In this document: positions 31,359 through 41,573 of the stretch, piece by piece
Numbering within the stretch: position 1 is the stretch's first letter
How the letters are laid out: every line of letters starts with the position of its first letter
Assembly: GCA_963775685.1 (NCBI GenBank)
Contig: CAVZJV010000014.1
Coordinates: forward strand, 1,792,001-1,856,000
DNA: 64,000 nucleotides
Direction of reading: 5' to 3'
DNA from: Candidatus Bathyarchaeota archaeon
Lineage (GTDB): Archaea > Thermoproteota > Bathyarchaeia > Bathyarchaeales > Bathycorpusculaceae
The notes under the pieces: generated by a model
What the model was told of the DNA's origin: nothing
What the model saw: only the letters and a program-made list of their open reading frames with translations
Databases searched by the model: none
Program-made: the position numbers and the translations under genes

Positions 31359-33440
31359 TTAGGTTGCAGATGTAGGTTTAGCTCTTCTGCGCCTGAAGAC
31401 TTCCACTAAAACCAAAGCAATCACAGCTGCCAAAATTATCAGAACCGTAATGAGTAAGCTTGCCGGTATCAACAGCGACCCCAGAGCAACGTATTTGTCG
31501 ATTTTTATTTGCAACGCAGTGGGTTGGTTAACGGTTACTGTTACTGCTTGGTACGTATCTTGCACGCCTGATGCCTGCGCGATTATCTGCATGTTGCCTC
31601 CAACTATATCGTTGAATGTGGCTTTCCCGTTGCCTTGAGTTAAAACAGATATTGTTTGTGGCCCGTTTATAGTAACGTTAACGTTTGAGATTGGCGAGCC
31701 GAAGAAGTCAACAACAGCCACAGAGAGTTGTATGCCAAAGAGGGTACAATGGATTTGTTGGTTACTGCTGCTGAAAACCTGCACGTTTGTTTCATTGATT
31801 AAGGTGTTGTCTTTGAAGACTCTGGCGCGGTACATTCCGAAGGTTGATTGTGTGGTTGCTGCACCATTGCTGTCGGTTGTGGCAGAATAGAATAAGCCAT
31901 TTGATAGCTCTACAAGTTCGATTCTTGCGCCTGCAATGGCTTCTTGGTTATACCCAACCACATTAAGCGTTACAGTTTCGCTTGGGGCAATAATGAAAAC
32001 TTGCGCGGTTGCGGTGGTTGGAAGGTTGCTCACAGTGTTGTTGCCTGCGTTAAAGATTTCGCCGTAAACTGAAGCGTCAATGGTATAGCTTGCTGACGGC
32101 AAAGTTGATTTGAGCGTGTAGCTTCCAGTGGAGTCAGTCTGGCCAGACGCTGTGCCAGTTTTTGATCCGCTGCCACTTTGGTATTGATAGTTTATGTTAA
32201 GGGTCACAAAAGGCATTACAACGCCGTTTGTGTTTTTAACAGTGAATTTTATGTTGGTTAGCTGGCAGCTTATGCTAAAGGTTGCATCTCCGCTGACGGT
32301 TATGTTTGTTTCTCCTACGTTAACGCCGTTCCATAGGGCAGTTATGATGTTGGTGCCCCTTTCAAGTTTAAAGTTTGCAACCCCGTTTGAGTCGCTTGCT
32401 GCATTGTAAACTGCGCCGGAAGTTGCATCAGTAGCTTGAAGTGAGACGTCAGTGACAATTTCACCGGCTAAGTTGGTTGTTTGAATTTTTATAGCGTACC
32501 CGATTACGGTAAAGGTTTGGGAGTCAGTCACCGATTTTGAATTAGTTGAAGCATCTAGCTTTATCGTGTAGTTGCCGACTTCAGCAACTGAGGAAACCAC
32601 GTAGGTTGTACTGACGACGCCCTCAGATGAAGCGGTTACGGAGGCAGTATCAAGGGTTGAGCCAGATTTAGCGTTTGTTATTGTTAAAGTTGCAGCTGTA
32701 TTTGGTTGGTAACCTGTCGCTCGCACAGTTATTGTTTCACCTCTGTGATAGGTGGTTTTATCGATAAAGTTAACTGTGAATGTTGTTTGTGCTAGAGATG
32801 TGGATTGATTAAAGTAGGCAGTGTAAGTTCCAGCGTAGTCGGTTAGTGAACCTGTAGGTGAGAAGGTGCTGTCGGGAAAAGTTACCTGTGCACTTGCCGT
32901 TCCCTTATCGTTAGGTGTTCCTAAACTAACTGTCTTTGCATAAGTTGAGCCAAGAGGACTTGGGAGTACAACAGCGACGTTGGCATTGTACGAGGTACCT
33001 GTTTGAGCACCCGTAACACTGACAGTCAAAGCTAAACTGTTTCCTTCTTGCAAGGAAGCAGGAACAGGAGTTATCGAATAGCCTGTTGTTACTGTAAATG
33101 TCTGGGTGGAGTTGACGTTGATGGCGACGTCCCTCAGTAATAGCGCATAAGCGCCGTTTGGAAGCTCGGGAACCGTGAAGTTTGAATCAACAAAGTAACC
33201 CTCAGATATGCCGCTGTCCACTACGACTTTTCCAAGAAGAACTTGGTATGAACCGTTAGAGGTGTAAATTGTTCCAGCAATGTTTACTTTGGTACCTACC
33301 GGCCCAGTTGCTTCAGTGGGGGTTATCTGAAGGATGTTTACTCCGAGATTGGTGTTCTGTGCATAAACCTCAAGAGGATTAACAACTGCAGCAAACGCAA
33401 TGAGGAATAGGATGGAACCTGTAACAATTTTCTTATTCAC
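31359..33440 (-). CDS. Large Thr/Ser-rich cell-surface glycoprotein with Ig/carboxypeptidase-regulatory-like repeats and C-terminal TM anchor
   Basis: Signal peptide, repeated TDxxG.A.F motifs, many NxS/T sequons, C-terminal TM followed by RRRR. Confidence 0.85.
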   Translation of the reverse strand: MNKKIVTGSILFLIAFAAVVNPLEVYAQNTNLGVNILQITPTEATGPVGTKVNIAGTIYTSNGSYQVLLGKVVVDSGISEGYFVDSNFTVPELPNGAYALLLRDVAINVNSTQTFTVTTGYSITPVPASLQEGNSLALTVSVTGAQTGTSYNANVAVVLPSPLGSTYAKTVSLGTPNDKGTASAQVTFPDSTFSPTGSLTDYAGTYTAYFNQSTSLAQTTFTVNFIDKTTYHRGETITVRATGYQPNTAATLTITNAKSGSTLDTASVTASSEGVVSTTYVVSSVAEVGNYTIKLDASTNSKSVTDSQTFTVIGYAIKIQTTNLAGEIVTDVSLQATDATSGAVYNAASDSNGVANFKLERGTNIITALWNGVNVGETNITVSGDATFSISCQLTNIKFTVKNTNGVVMPFVTLNINYQYQSGSGSKTGTASGQTDSTGSYTLKSTLPSASYTIDASVYGEIFNAGNNTVSNLPTTATAQVFIIAPSETVTLNVVGYNQEAIAGARIELVELSNGLFYSATTDSNGAATTQSTFGMYRARVFKDNTLINETNVQVFSSSNQQIHCTLFGIQLSVAVVDFFGSPISNVNVTINGPQTISVLTQGNGKATFNDIVGGNMQIIAQASGVQDTYQAVTVTVNQPTALQIKIDKYVALGSLLIPASLLITVLIILAAVIALVLVEVFRRRRAKPTSAT

Positions 33441-33644
33441 AAACTCTACGCTCCCAAATAGATAGCCATCATCGTTGATTGCTCATGATTTAACTAAGAG
33501 ATGATTTTAAACTTTACCTTTCAAACGCCCAACCTAGCATCGGAACAATAAAACAGCTAAACAGATAATCCATATAGAAATCCGCCTGTTAGGATATGAT
33601 TTTTAAAAGACGCTTTTTTCTATGTACAGAAACCGGTGTAAGTC

Positions 33645-34607
33645 TTGGAAAACAACTCTGCCTCTCCCCTCTTAGGCGCTCTAAAAAAACAAAAATACCA
33701 TTTAATAGGAAGCCACTCAGCGGTGAAAAGGTGCAAATGGCTCTACGAATCCATAATAAACGGCAGAGCATGCTACAAACAAAAGTTCTACGGCGTCCAA
33801 TCTCACAGATGCATCCAGATGACCCCGTCCCTCTACTCTTGCACACATCAATGCCTTTTTTGTTGGAGGGCGCAGAGCGGAGATTTGGAAGTCACCTGGG
33901 ACGAGATGAAGAATCCAGCGAAAGACACGCCCGAAGAGATTGTTGAGGGCTGTTTTGAGGCACAGAAAAAAATCTTGAGCGGGTATAAAGGTAACGAGAA
34001 TGCGGATTGGCGCAAATTCCAAGAAGCACAACGACCCAAGCAAGTTGCTATAAGCTTAACTGGTGAACCAACACTCTACGACTTTTTGGGCGAACTCATT
34101 CGTACCTTCCACCAAAAAGGCCTAACCACGTTCTTGGTTTCAAACGGCACTATGCCTTCCAAACTCTCAACGCTAACCCAGGAACCCACCCAACTCTACA
34201 TCTCAATGTGTGCACCCAACGAGCAGGTCTACAAACAGGTATGTCGCCCCCTATTCCCTGGCGCATGGACAAAGCTAAACGAAACACTAAGTCTGCTGCA
34301 AAGTTTCCGATGCCCAACAGTAGTCCGCATGACCCTGGTTAAAAACCTCAACATGAGGTTAATAGAACAATATGCAAAACTCGTTGAAAAAGCCAACCCC
34401 ACATACATTGAGGCAAAAGCATACATGCATATAGGATTCTCTAACTTGCGTTTGGGCTTTGAACGAATGCCCCAGCACGGAGAAGTCAAAGAGTTTGCAG
34501 CGCAGTTAGCCGAAAAAACAGGGTACAAAGTCATCAACGAGGCGCCCGAGAGCCGAGTGGTTCTGTTGAGCCGCTTGGAGAAACCAATTCAGGTTGGAAC
34601 CAACTAG
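33645..34607 (+). CDS. taw1: 4-demethylwyosine synthase (radical SAM)
   Basis: HSAVKRCKW, CYKQKFYG, CTHQCLFCWR, SLTGEP. Confidence 0.95.
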   Translation: MENNSASPLLGALKKQKYHLIGSHSAVKRCKWLYESIINGRACYKQKFYGVQSHRCIQMTPSLYSCTHQCLFCWRAQSGDLEVTWDEMKNPAKDTPEEIVEGCFEAQKKILSGYKGNENADWRKFQEAQRPKQVAISLTGEPTLYDFLGELIRTFHQKGLTTFLVSNGTMPSKLSTLTQEPTQLYISMCAPNEQVYKQVCRPLFPGAWTKLNETLSLLQSFRCPTVVRMTLVKNLNMRLIEQYAKLVEKANPTYIEAKAYMHIGFSNLRLGFERMPQHGEVKEFAAQLAEKTGYKVINEAPESRVVLLSRLEKPIQVGTN

Positions 34608-34987
34608 CGGTTTCTAGCTAACGACATTTAAACCTGCCACAGAACTTACCTGCCTCCTTCCCAGATAGATTCACTGTAATGCGGCGAATATTAGGCTCAA
34701 GTTGGATAATTTAAATACGAAATGTCTGCCCTTGTTAAATCAAGCAGTTACTAACCATAATAAGCGAATGAAGAAGGCTATTTTCGAAGAAAAGATAACA
34801 AATATTTGGTCTATACCAAAAGTTTAGCCGATGTCAAAGCACGTTTCCGTTTAAAATGGAGAAGATACGATTTTTGCTAAAGGGACCTTCGCTTTGGGCG
34901 ATAGTAAGTTGCCGGTTGAGAAGGGGCAGGCTCTCAGCAGCCATAAGAGGTAAGAAATTGAAATAAACAACCAAACCAATCCTTCTT

Positions 34988-35662
34988 TTGGGTGCAGTTT
35001 TGTCCACTTTAGAAGAAACTATCCAACAAGTAAAATCTGAGCTTATAGCAAAAAATCAAATTCGTGAAGAAACCCATGAAAGCATGCGCAAAGCCACAAG
35101 TCTCTCCAAACAAGCAATTCTTCTCATCCACCAAAAAAGATTCGGCGACGCCAAGAAAATGGTTACATATGCCAAAGAGAAAATTTTAAGCCTCCAAGCC
35201 CAAGCTAAACAATACCCTGAAATCATTTACGGCGGTATGCTTAGCGCGGCTAACCAAGAGTATTCTGAAGCAAACATTTTTTTAGTATTAGTCAAAGAAG
35301 AGCGTTTTGTGACGCCAGCGGAAATTGATGTGCCCTCCGTAGATTATATCCTTGGTTTAGCTGACGTCATAGGTGAATACAGACGTTTGGCGCTAGATAA
35401 CTTGCGGGAAGGCGAGGTTGAGAAAGGCGAAAAGTGCCTCGAAATCATGGACCAGATCTTCATTCAGCTACTTGCACTCGATGAAGCATATATGCTTGTT
35501 CCAGGGCTCAGACACAAATCTGATATTGCGAGAAGAATCATCGAGTCCACCCGTGGCGACATTACGTTGGAAGTTCGCAGAAAGGCGCTTGAAGATGAAC
35601 TTAAGCGCTTCGAACCATCAAAACGGGTAGCCAAAAGTAAGCCCAAAAAGAGCAAACCATAG
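34988..35662 (+). CDS. Translin/TRAX family nuclease (start possibly TTG ~35000)
   Basis: QEYSEA and YILGLADVIGEYRR motifs. Confidence 0.9.
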   Translation: MGAVLSTLEETIQQVKSELIAKNQIREETHESMRKATSLSKQAILLIHQKRFGDAKKMVTYAKEKILSLQAQAKQYPEIIYGGMLSAANQEYSEANIFLVLVKEERFVTPAEIDVPSVDYILGLADVIGEYRRLALDNLREGEVEKGEKCLEIMDQIFIQLLALDEAYMLVPGLRHKSDIARRIIESTRGDITLEVRRKALEDELKRFEPSKRVAKSKPKKSKP

Positions 35663-35795
35663 ATTGCTCAAGTTAATTGAGAATTTTTCAGTGAAAAAAC
35701 CCCACAACATAGCAACCAAACAGAAAAACCGTCTTGCCAAAGAAAGCAAAGTAAATATCTGAACAAGCCGTAAACTATCGTTTGAGCGTGAAGGC

Positions 35796-36128
35796 ATGAC
35801 CGAAGAAATAACGTTTGCTGACTTTGAAAAAATTGACCTGCGCATAGGAAAAATAGTTGAAGCAACCCAAGTTGCAGAATCGAAAAAATTGATTAAAATC
35901 TCGGTTGATTTTGGCTCCGAGAAACGGCAAGCAGTTGCAGGGTTGCTCAAATACTATAAGCCTGAGGAGTTGCTTGGCAAAAAATGCGTTTTCCTTTTAA
36001 ACCTACAGCGGCGCATGCTGGCAGGCATCGAATCGCAATGCATGATTTTAGCCGCCGAAGACGCGGCGGGCATCGTGTCGGTATTGCAACCTGATAAGGA
36101 CCTTGAGGAAGGCAGCAAAATCGGTTAA
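35796..36128 (+). CDS. Stand-alone tRNA-binding OB domain (MetRS beta subunit/Trbp111-like)
   Basis: DFEKIDLRIGKI, NLQRRMLAGIESQCMIL. Confidence 0.9.
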   Translation: MTEEITFADFEKIDLRIGKIVEATQVAESKKLIKISVDFGSEKRQAVAGLLKYYKPEELLGKKCVFLLNLQRRMLAGIESQCMILAAEDAAGIVSVLQPDKDLEEGSKIG

Positions 36129-36219
36129 TCCTGCTCCAGATTACGCTGTTATTGCTAGGGAAAGATAAAATAGTAATTAGAGCAAGTTTACTGTATAATT
36201 TGTTGTAGAAGGTCCACTT

Positions 36220-37227
36220 ATGTCCGTTAATGAAGAATCACTTATGTGGGTTGAGAAGTATCGCCCCAAAACCCTTGACGACGTGATAGGCTTAAAAAAC
36301 ATCGTAGATAACCTCAAAGCGTTCATGAAAAACCCCAAAACAATGCCCCACCTCATGCTAGCAGGAATTCCTGGCACAGGCAAAACCACCATAGCTCTTG
36401 CCATAGCTCACGAACTGTACAGTGCAAACTGGAGAAACTTCACGCTCGAGCTCAACGCCTCCGACGAGAGAGGCATCGACACAGTACGTGACCGAATTAA
36501 AGATTTCTCGCGTTACAGCCGCTCAAGCTTTGGTGAAATACCCTTCTCACTTATTATCCTAGACGAATGCGACCAGATGACTGGCCCTGCGCAGACAGCG
36601 CTAAGGCGCATCATGGAGACCAGCAGCCGCACATCCAGATTCATATTGATATGTAACCAATCCAGCAAAATAATCGAACCCATCCAAAGCCGATGCGCAA
36701 TATTCCGCTTCTCACGACTTGACAAGCAAGCCATGAAAGCCCATCTCGAGTATATAGCTAAGAACGAAAAAGTTAACTTGTTGCCTGAAGCTGCTGAGAG
36801 AATCGTAGATTACTCGGAAGGTGACCTGCGGCACGCCATAAACGCTCTGCAAACAGCTTCAGCCTACAAGGAAGGATGCATAGATGAAAAGACCGTAGCG
36901 TTGGTTATCGGCGAAGCGAGTCCCATGCAGGTACAGAAAATGGTTCGCAAAGCGCTCTACGGCGACTTCATCGAAGCCCGAAAAACAATGTATGAAATCA
37001 TGGGATCCTTCGGTTTCTCAGGCAACGAAATTATCCGCCAAGTGCAACGAGAAATCTTCAAGATGTCCGACCTCACGCCCGAGCAAAAAGCAGATATCTC
37101 AAGCGTCATTGGCGAATACGACTACCGCCTAACACAGGGCGCCAATAGCGACATCCAACTAAGTGCACTTCTTGCGCAGTTAGCCAAGTTTGGGAAAGGT
37201 ATAGAGGAAAAATATGCTGCGAAATGA
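36220..37227 (+). CDS. rfcS: Replication factor C small subunit
   Basis: WVEKYRP, GIPGTGKT, ELNASDERG, DECD, IQSRC. Confidence 0.97.
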   Translation: MSVNEESLMWVEKYRPKTLDDVIGLKNIVDNLKAFMKNPKTMPHLMLAGIPGTGKTTIALAIAHELYSANWRNFTLELNASDERGIDTVRDRIKDFSRYSRSSFGEIPFSLIILDECDQMTGPAQTALRRIMETSSRTSRFILICNQSSKIIEPIQSRCAIFRFSRLDKQAMKAHLEYIAKNEKVNLLPEAAERIVDYSEGDLRHAINALQTASAYKEGCIDEKTVALVIGEASPMQVQKMVRKALYGDFIEARKTMYEIMGSFGFSGNEIIRQVQREIFKMSDLTPEQKADISSVIGEYDYRLTQGANSDIQLSALLAQLAKFGKGIEEKYAAK

Positions 37228-38452
37228 CCTGCTCTGGGTTGAAAAGTACCGCCCAAAAAAAATAGAAGACATCGCCGGCAACGAAGAAGCCAAATCACTC
37301 TTTGTGGAGTGGCTAAATAATAAGCGGCACACCAAGAAAGCAGTGTTACTTTATGGTCCCCCTGGCGTGGGAAAAACAGCGCTTGTTAACGCCGCTGCAA
37401 ATGAATTCAGATATTCAATTATTGAGATGAACGCCAGCGACACCCGCTCAGAGAAAGCAATTAACGCTGTAGCTAAACCTGCCTCTTCCTATCGGGCTTT
37501 AGACAACTTTTCGGGTGCACCCAAAGGCAGCGGAAACCTGCTGTTTCTGGACGAAGTAGACGGCATCGCGGGCAACGAGGACCGCGGAGGCGTAGGAGCA
37601 ATCATAAAGATTGTTGAGGCGTCGCTTGTGCCTGTCGTCATGGCTGCAAACGACCCTGACATAGATAAGTTGCGACCGCTCAAAAAGGTGTGTTTACTTG
37701 TACGTTTCCAGCAAGTCCGCATACCACTAATCATCGCTCTTTTACAGAAAATCTGCAGGGTTGAACGTGTGAAAGCAGAATTTGAAGCACTGGATAGAAT
37801 CGCACAAAACAGCCGAGGCGACGTGCGTTCTGCAATAAACGACCTGCAGAGTCTTAGCGAAGAAAACCATTCCCTAACCTTGCAGGACACAGTAATGCTG
37901 AGTTCCAGAAACAAAGACATCAGCATGGATGAAACGCTGCGTAGGTACTTCTCGGCACAATCAATCGCTGAAGCCTCAAGCTTGCTTAGCTACTCAAGCG
38001 TGGACTATGACGACTTTTTGCTCTCGGTCAGTGACAACTTGCCCCGCCGATACAGCGACCCAAAGGAACTGGCCGCAGCTTACGACTATGTTTCCCAAGC
38101 CGACATGTACCGTGGCAGGATCGGAACAGAAAACTGGCACCTGCTAAAATACTTCTTCAACGAGTTAGCCCATGCAGCCGCTGTTAACCCTCAATCATAC
38201 AAACAATTCGAATTTATCGCGCCGCCGATTCGCATTATCACTCTGTTTTGGACCAAAGGCAAAAGAACTATGCTGAACACTATCTGCGGAAAAATCGGTG
38301 CCCAATGCCACGTATCTCACGAAACCGCCAAACACGACTTTGTCCCCTATATCAAGAAGATACTGCAAAATCAAAAATCCAGCGCCCTTATCGCTTGGTT
38401 CAAGTTTACGCCTGAAGAAGTGGATTTCCTAATCAAAATGGGCAGGTACTAA
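37214..38452 (+). CDS. rfcL: Replication factor C large subunit
   Basis: WVEKYRP, GPPGVGKT, EMNASD, DEVDG. Confidence 0.95.
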   Translation: MLRNDLLWVEKYRPKKIEDIAGNEEAKSLFVEWLNNKRHTKKAVLLYGPPGVGKTALVNAAANEFRYSIIEMNASDTRSEKAINAVAKPASSYRALDNFSGAPKGSGNLLFLDEVDGIAGNEDRGGVGAIIKIVEASLVPVVMAANDPDIDKLRPLKKVCLLVRFQQVRIPLIIALLQKICRVERVKAEFEALDRIAQNSRGDVRSAINDLQSLSEENHSLTLQDTVMLSSRNKDISMDETLRRYFSAQSIAEASSLLSYSSVDYDDFLLSVSDNLPRRYSDPKELAAAYDYVSQADMYRGRIGTENWHLLKYFFNELAHAAAVNPQSYKQFEFIAPPIRIITLFWTKGKRTMLNTICGKIGAQCHVSHETAKHDFVPYIKKILQNQKSSALIAWFKFTPEEVDFLIKMGRY

Positions 38453-38455
38453 AGT

Positions 38456-38794
38456 ATGGTTTTGGTTCTAAACAAGAAAGCCTTCAAGCTTCCGCGGCTG
38501 GAGAAAGAAAAGTTCGTTTCGCTGATGCGTCTGGGGCTGGATTATAATCGCGACCAAGGCACATTCGCGATTAAGAGTTGCAATAACATCGAAAAAATCA
38601 TGGAGGCAGTTGGCGCTATTCTGGGTAGCGAAGTTGTTTTTCTCCAAAGTTGCACCCATTGCGGCAAAGACTTCCCATGTGCAAACTGTAACTATTATGA
38701 GGTTTGTACGACTAAGAATTTACCGTTCAGCTGTGTCTGCCCTCAGTGCCTAAGAGACAGAAAACAGTTTGAAGAGTATGTTTCTAAATTTTAA
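38456..38794 (+). CDS. Hypothetical Cys-rich (Zn-binding) protein
   Basis: CTHC..CANC..C..CVCPQC; 3 nt downstream of rfcL. Confidence 0.8.
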   Translation: MVLVLNKKAFKLPRLEKEKFVSLMRLGLDYNRDQGTFAIKSCNNIEKIMEAVGAILGSEVVFLQSCTHCGKDFPCANCNYYEVCTTKNLPFSCVCPQCLRDRKQFEEYVSKF

Positions 38795-39302
38795 TTAGCA
38801 CTTTTTGGCGGGTTTGAGTTTTCTTGTTGGCACCTCACTTTAGGTGATTACTGATGAGTACTTGCTATTTGCAAATAGACTAATTCTTGAAAATTTGCTA
38901 TTTAGCCTCCCCAATTGATCGCTTAATAACCATACTGGAAGCATTGAGCAGTGGTGGATTGGCGCATAAGTTAATAACAGACGAACAAACGTTGTATTTT
39001 TCCATATCAAAAAGATTAGAATTATTATATACCTATTGTAAAATGAAGTGATTCCTATAAATGTGCAGAGAAAAAGATTCAAAGTAAATAATTCTGTTAT
39101 CTACAACATTTTTTTGCTTTATGTGATGATGTGGTTCAGTGCTAAAAACAACCTGGTTTCTGCATAGCCATAATAGTACATGTTAAGAAAGCAGACATTG
39201 GCTTCGGTATACGAAAACATCAACCAAACCCACACAAAAACAGGCAAAGGCAAATCTTATCTAGCCATTCCCACTTAACAGAAACCACAGAAGGTTCGTT
39301 TT

Positions 39303-40553
39303 ATGGCAGAAGAACATACAGCATTAAGCGTTGCCCTAACCCAACTCAAATTAGCATCAAAAAAATTATGTCTCGACTATGGTATGCAAAAAATGCTCAG
39401 TCAACCCAAACGCTCCATCTCTGTAAGCATAGACGTCCGCATGGACAATGGCTCAGTTGGCGTTTTCAACGGTGTTCGTGTTCAGCATTGGGATGCGCGT
39501 GGACCATTTAAGGGAGGAATCCGCTTCTACCCAAGTATAACACTTAACGAAGTGACCGCCCTCGCGATGTTGATGACGTGGAAATGCGCAATCGCTGATA
39601 TTCCGTTTGGGGGGGCAAAGGGCGGGGTTTGTGTGGATAGCAAAAAGCTCAGCCAGCATGAACTGGAACGCTTAACAAGACGGTATGTAAGCTTAATTTT
39701 TGAGTATCTTGGTCCACAACGTGATATCCCAGCACCCGATATGTACACCGACGCCCAAACCATGGCGTGGATAATGGATACTTATAGCCAACTCAAAGGC
39801 TACCGAATACCTGAAAGCGCAACGGGCAAACCAGTCGAGATTGGCGGTTCATGGGGTAGAACAGAAGCTACTGGACGAGGTGTTATCCACTGCGTCAAGC
39901 AAGCATCTGAAAATAACGGCTTAAAACTTAAAAATGCCTCTGTGGTGATCCAGGGCTTTGGCAATGTTGGTTACCATGCTGCGGTTGCGGCAAGGGAAAT
40001 CGGCTGCAAAGTCGTGGCAGTAAGTGACTCTACGGGCGGAATCTATTGCCCTGAGGGCTTAAACCCAGAAGATGTTTTGGCACACAAAGAAAAAACAAGA
40101 ACAGTGCAAAATTTTAAATCCGTCAAAAACCTGAGCAACGAAGAACTCATCCAACTGCCATGCGACATACTCATTCCCGCAGCAATAGCAAACCAAATCA
40201 CACAAAAAAACGCCGACAAAATCCGCGCAAAAATGGTTGCTGAAGCAGCAAACGGACCAACCACACCCGAAGCCGACAAAATCCTCTACGAAAAAGAAAT
40301 CTGCATTATCCCAGATATTCTTGCTAACAGCGGCGGCGTAACAGTGAGCTATTTTGAATGGGTGCAGAACCTGACGCGGGAGCAGTGGCCTCTGGAAACA
40401 GTCAACAATAAGCTTGAAGCGAAAATGACCAAGGCATTCAACGATGTTGAAACTATTGTGATTAAAGAAGAGAGCGACATGCGCACTGGAGCTCTTATGC
40501 TGGGTGTGGGAAGAGTAGCGGACGCGATAAAAACACTTGGGCTTTGGCCATAA
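39303..40553 (+). CDS. gdhA: Glutamate dehydrogenase (Glu/Leu/Phe/Val family)
   Basis: GPFKGGIRF, GGAKGG, DIPAPD, QGFGNVG, EAANGP, SYFEWVQN. Confidence 0.96.
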   Translation: MAEEHTALSVALTQLKLASKKLCLDYGMQKMLSQPKRSISVSIDVRMDNGSVGVFNGVRVQHWDARGPFKGGIRFYPSITLNEVTALAMLMTWKCAIADIPFGGAKGGVCVDSKKLSQHELERLTRRYVSLIFEYLGPQRDIPAPDMYTDAQTMAWIMDTYSQLKGYRIPESATGKPVEIGGSWGRTEATGRGVIHCVKQASENNGLKLKNASVVIQGFGNVGYHAAVAAREIGCKVVAVSDSTGGIYCPEGLNPEDVLAHKEKTRTVQNFKSVKNLSNEELIQLPCDILIPAAIANQITQKNADKIRAKMVAEAANGPTTPEADKILYEKEICIIPDILANSGGVTVSYFEWVQNLTREQWPLETVNNKLEAKMTKAFNDVETIVIKEESDMRTGALMLGVGRVADAIKTLGLWP

Positions 40554-40904
40554 CCAGAAATATTTTCGCTGGACAGCCAATTCACAGTCATTGAATAAAA
40601 CCATAGAATAGCAATTGGTTAACGGCATTGCTGAACTACACGTGGGCTCAATGTTCCTGATTCTTAATAACAAACTTTTTCCACTAATTGGATTATTTAG
40701 CGGATTCCGAACCATTAATAAGGAAAATTATAACTAAAAAAGCGGTTAGCTGCTTGTTTAATCTATATACCAGTCCGACTGAAATTTATCCAACTCAGAA
40801 AAAACCAACGCGTTAAATTTTACATTCTTGTTAGAAGATATGCGGTATAAGAATTTTGCATTCAAAATCATAGAAAGAAACAAACACCACAAGCAAAAAA
40901 CACC

Positions 40905-41573
40905 TTGAAGCCTATTCTGAACAGTTTAGTAATTCTAGTGCAAACCCTTAAAACTTCATTCGTATATTTCTTGAATCCCGAAAGAGCAAACTGTGTTAAG
41001 AGGGAATTGGGATTGGCAGCCGCGAAAATATTCACCTTGGACTTTTGCTACGAAAACTCTATGGTTAAAATCGTAGCGAACCGCAACTGCCCAGAAGTCA
41101 AGCTTGTTGGACTCACCGTTGGACCCTTCGACGAAGGCAATGAATATGAAATTTACTTTTGGGTAGCCAAAGAGCTTGCCACAGCAGGAATGGTACATTT
41201 CAGGGAAGACGACATCCTTGACGCCACGAAGCTCTTTAAGGTACAGTGGAAGGAAGGTGTACAGATTCCAGGACAAATCTCTGAGTTGCCAGGAGACTTC
41301 TACCCTAAACTACGCAGATTCGTCGCTGAACTAAAAGACCAAGCCCAAAAACAATCCGAGAAATACCAAGAATATGATCGCGCAAAACAGTTGGCACGCG
41401 ACATCGTGAACTCACGACTAAAAAAGGTAGTTGCAATATCTGCTGCTCCAGCCCAAAGCGACCAAGTGCTAAAAAAATTCACCAGCGAAGAAAAACTCGT
41501 TTACGAGCAACTAGTCGAAATCCTTTCTGAGTGGAAAACAAAGATCTTGGAAAATACTGGAGAAAGACGGTAG
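40905..41573 (+). CDS. GINS23 (Psf2/Psf3-like) subunit; true start probably ~41013-41037
   Basis: N-terminal B-domain (VGPF..G..YEI.FWVAKEL), ELPGDFY, EEKLVY; immediately upstream of mcm. Confidence 0.8.
   Translation: MKPILNSLVILVQTLKTSFVYFLNPERANCVKRELGLAAAKIFTLDFCYENSMVKIVANRNCPEVKLVGLTVGPFDEGNEYEIYFWVAKELATAGMVHFREDDILDATKLFKVQWKEGVQIPGQISELPGDFYPKLRRFVAELKDQAQKQSEKYQEYDRAKQLARDIVNSRLKKVVAISAAPAQSDQVLKKFTSEEKLVYEQLVEILSEWKTKILENTGERR

Noticed and set aside
34608-34987. Long intergenic region with short ORFs or a possible ncRNA
   Set aside because: No recognisable motif, RBS-supported ORF or stable structure could be established.
38851-38895. CTGATGAG...GAAA hammerhead-ribozyme-like core
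   Set aside because: No convincing stem II or stems I/III could be paired around the core.
39123-39175. GTGATGA as the C box of a C/D sRNA
   Set aside because: No properly spaced CTGA D box.
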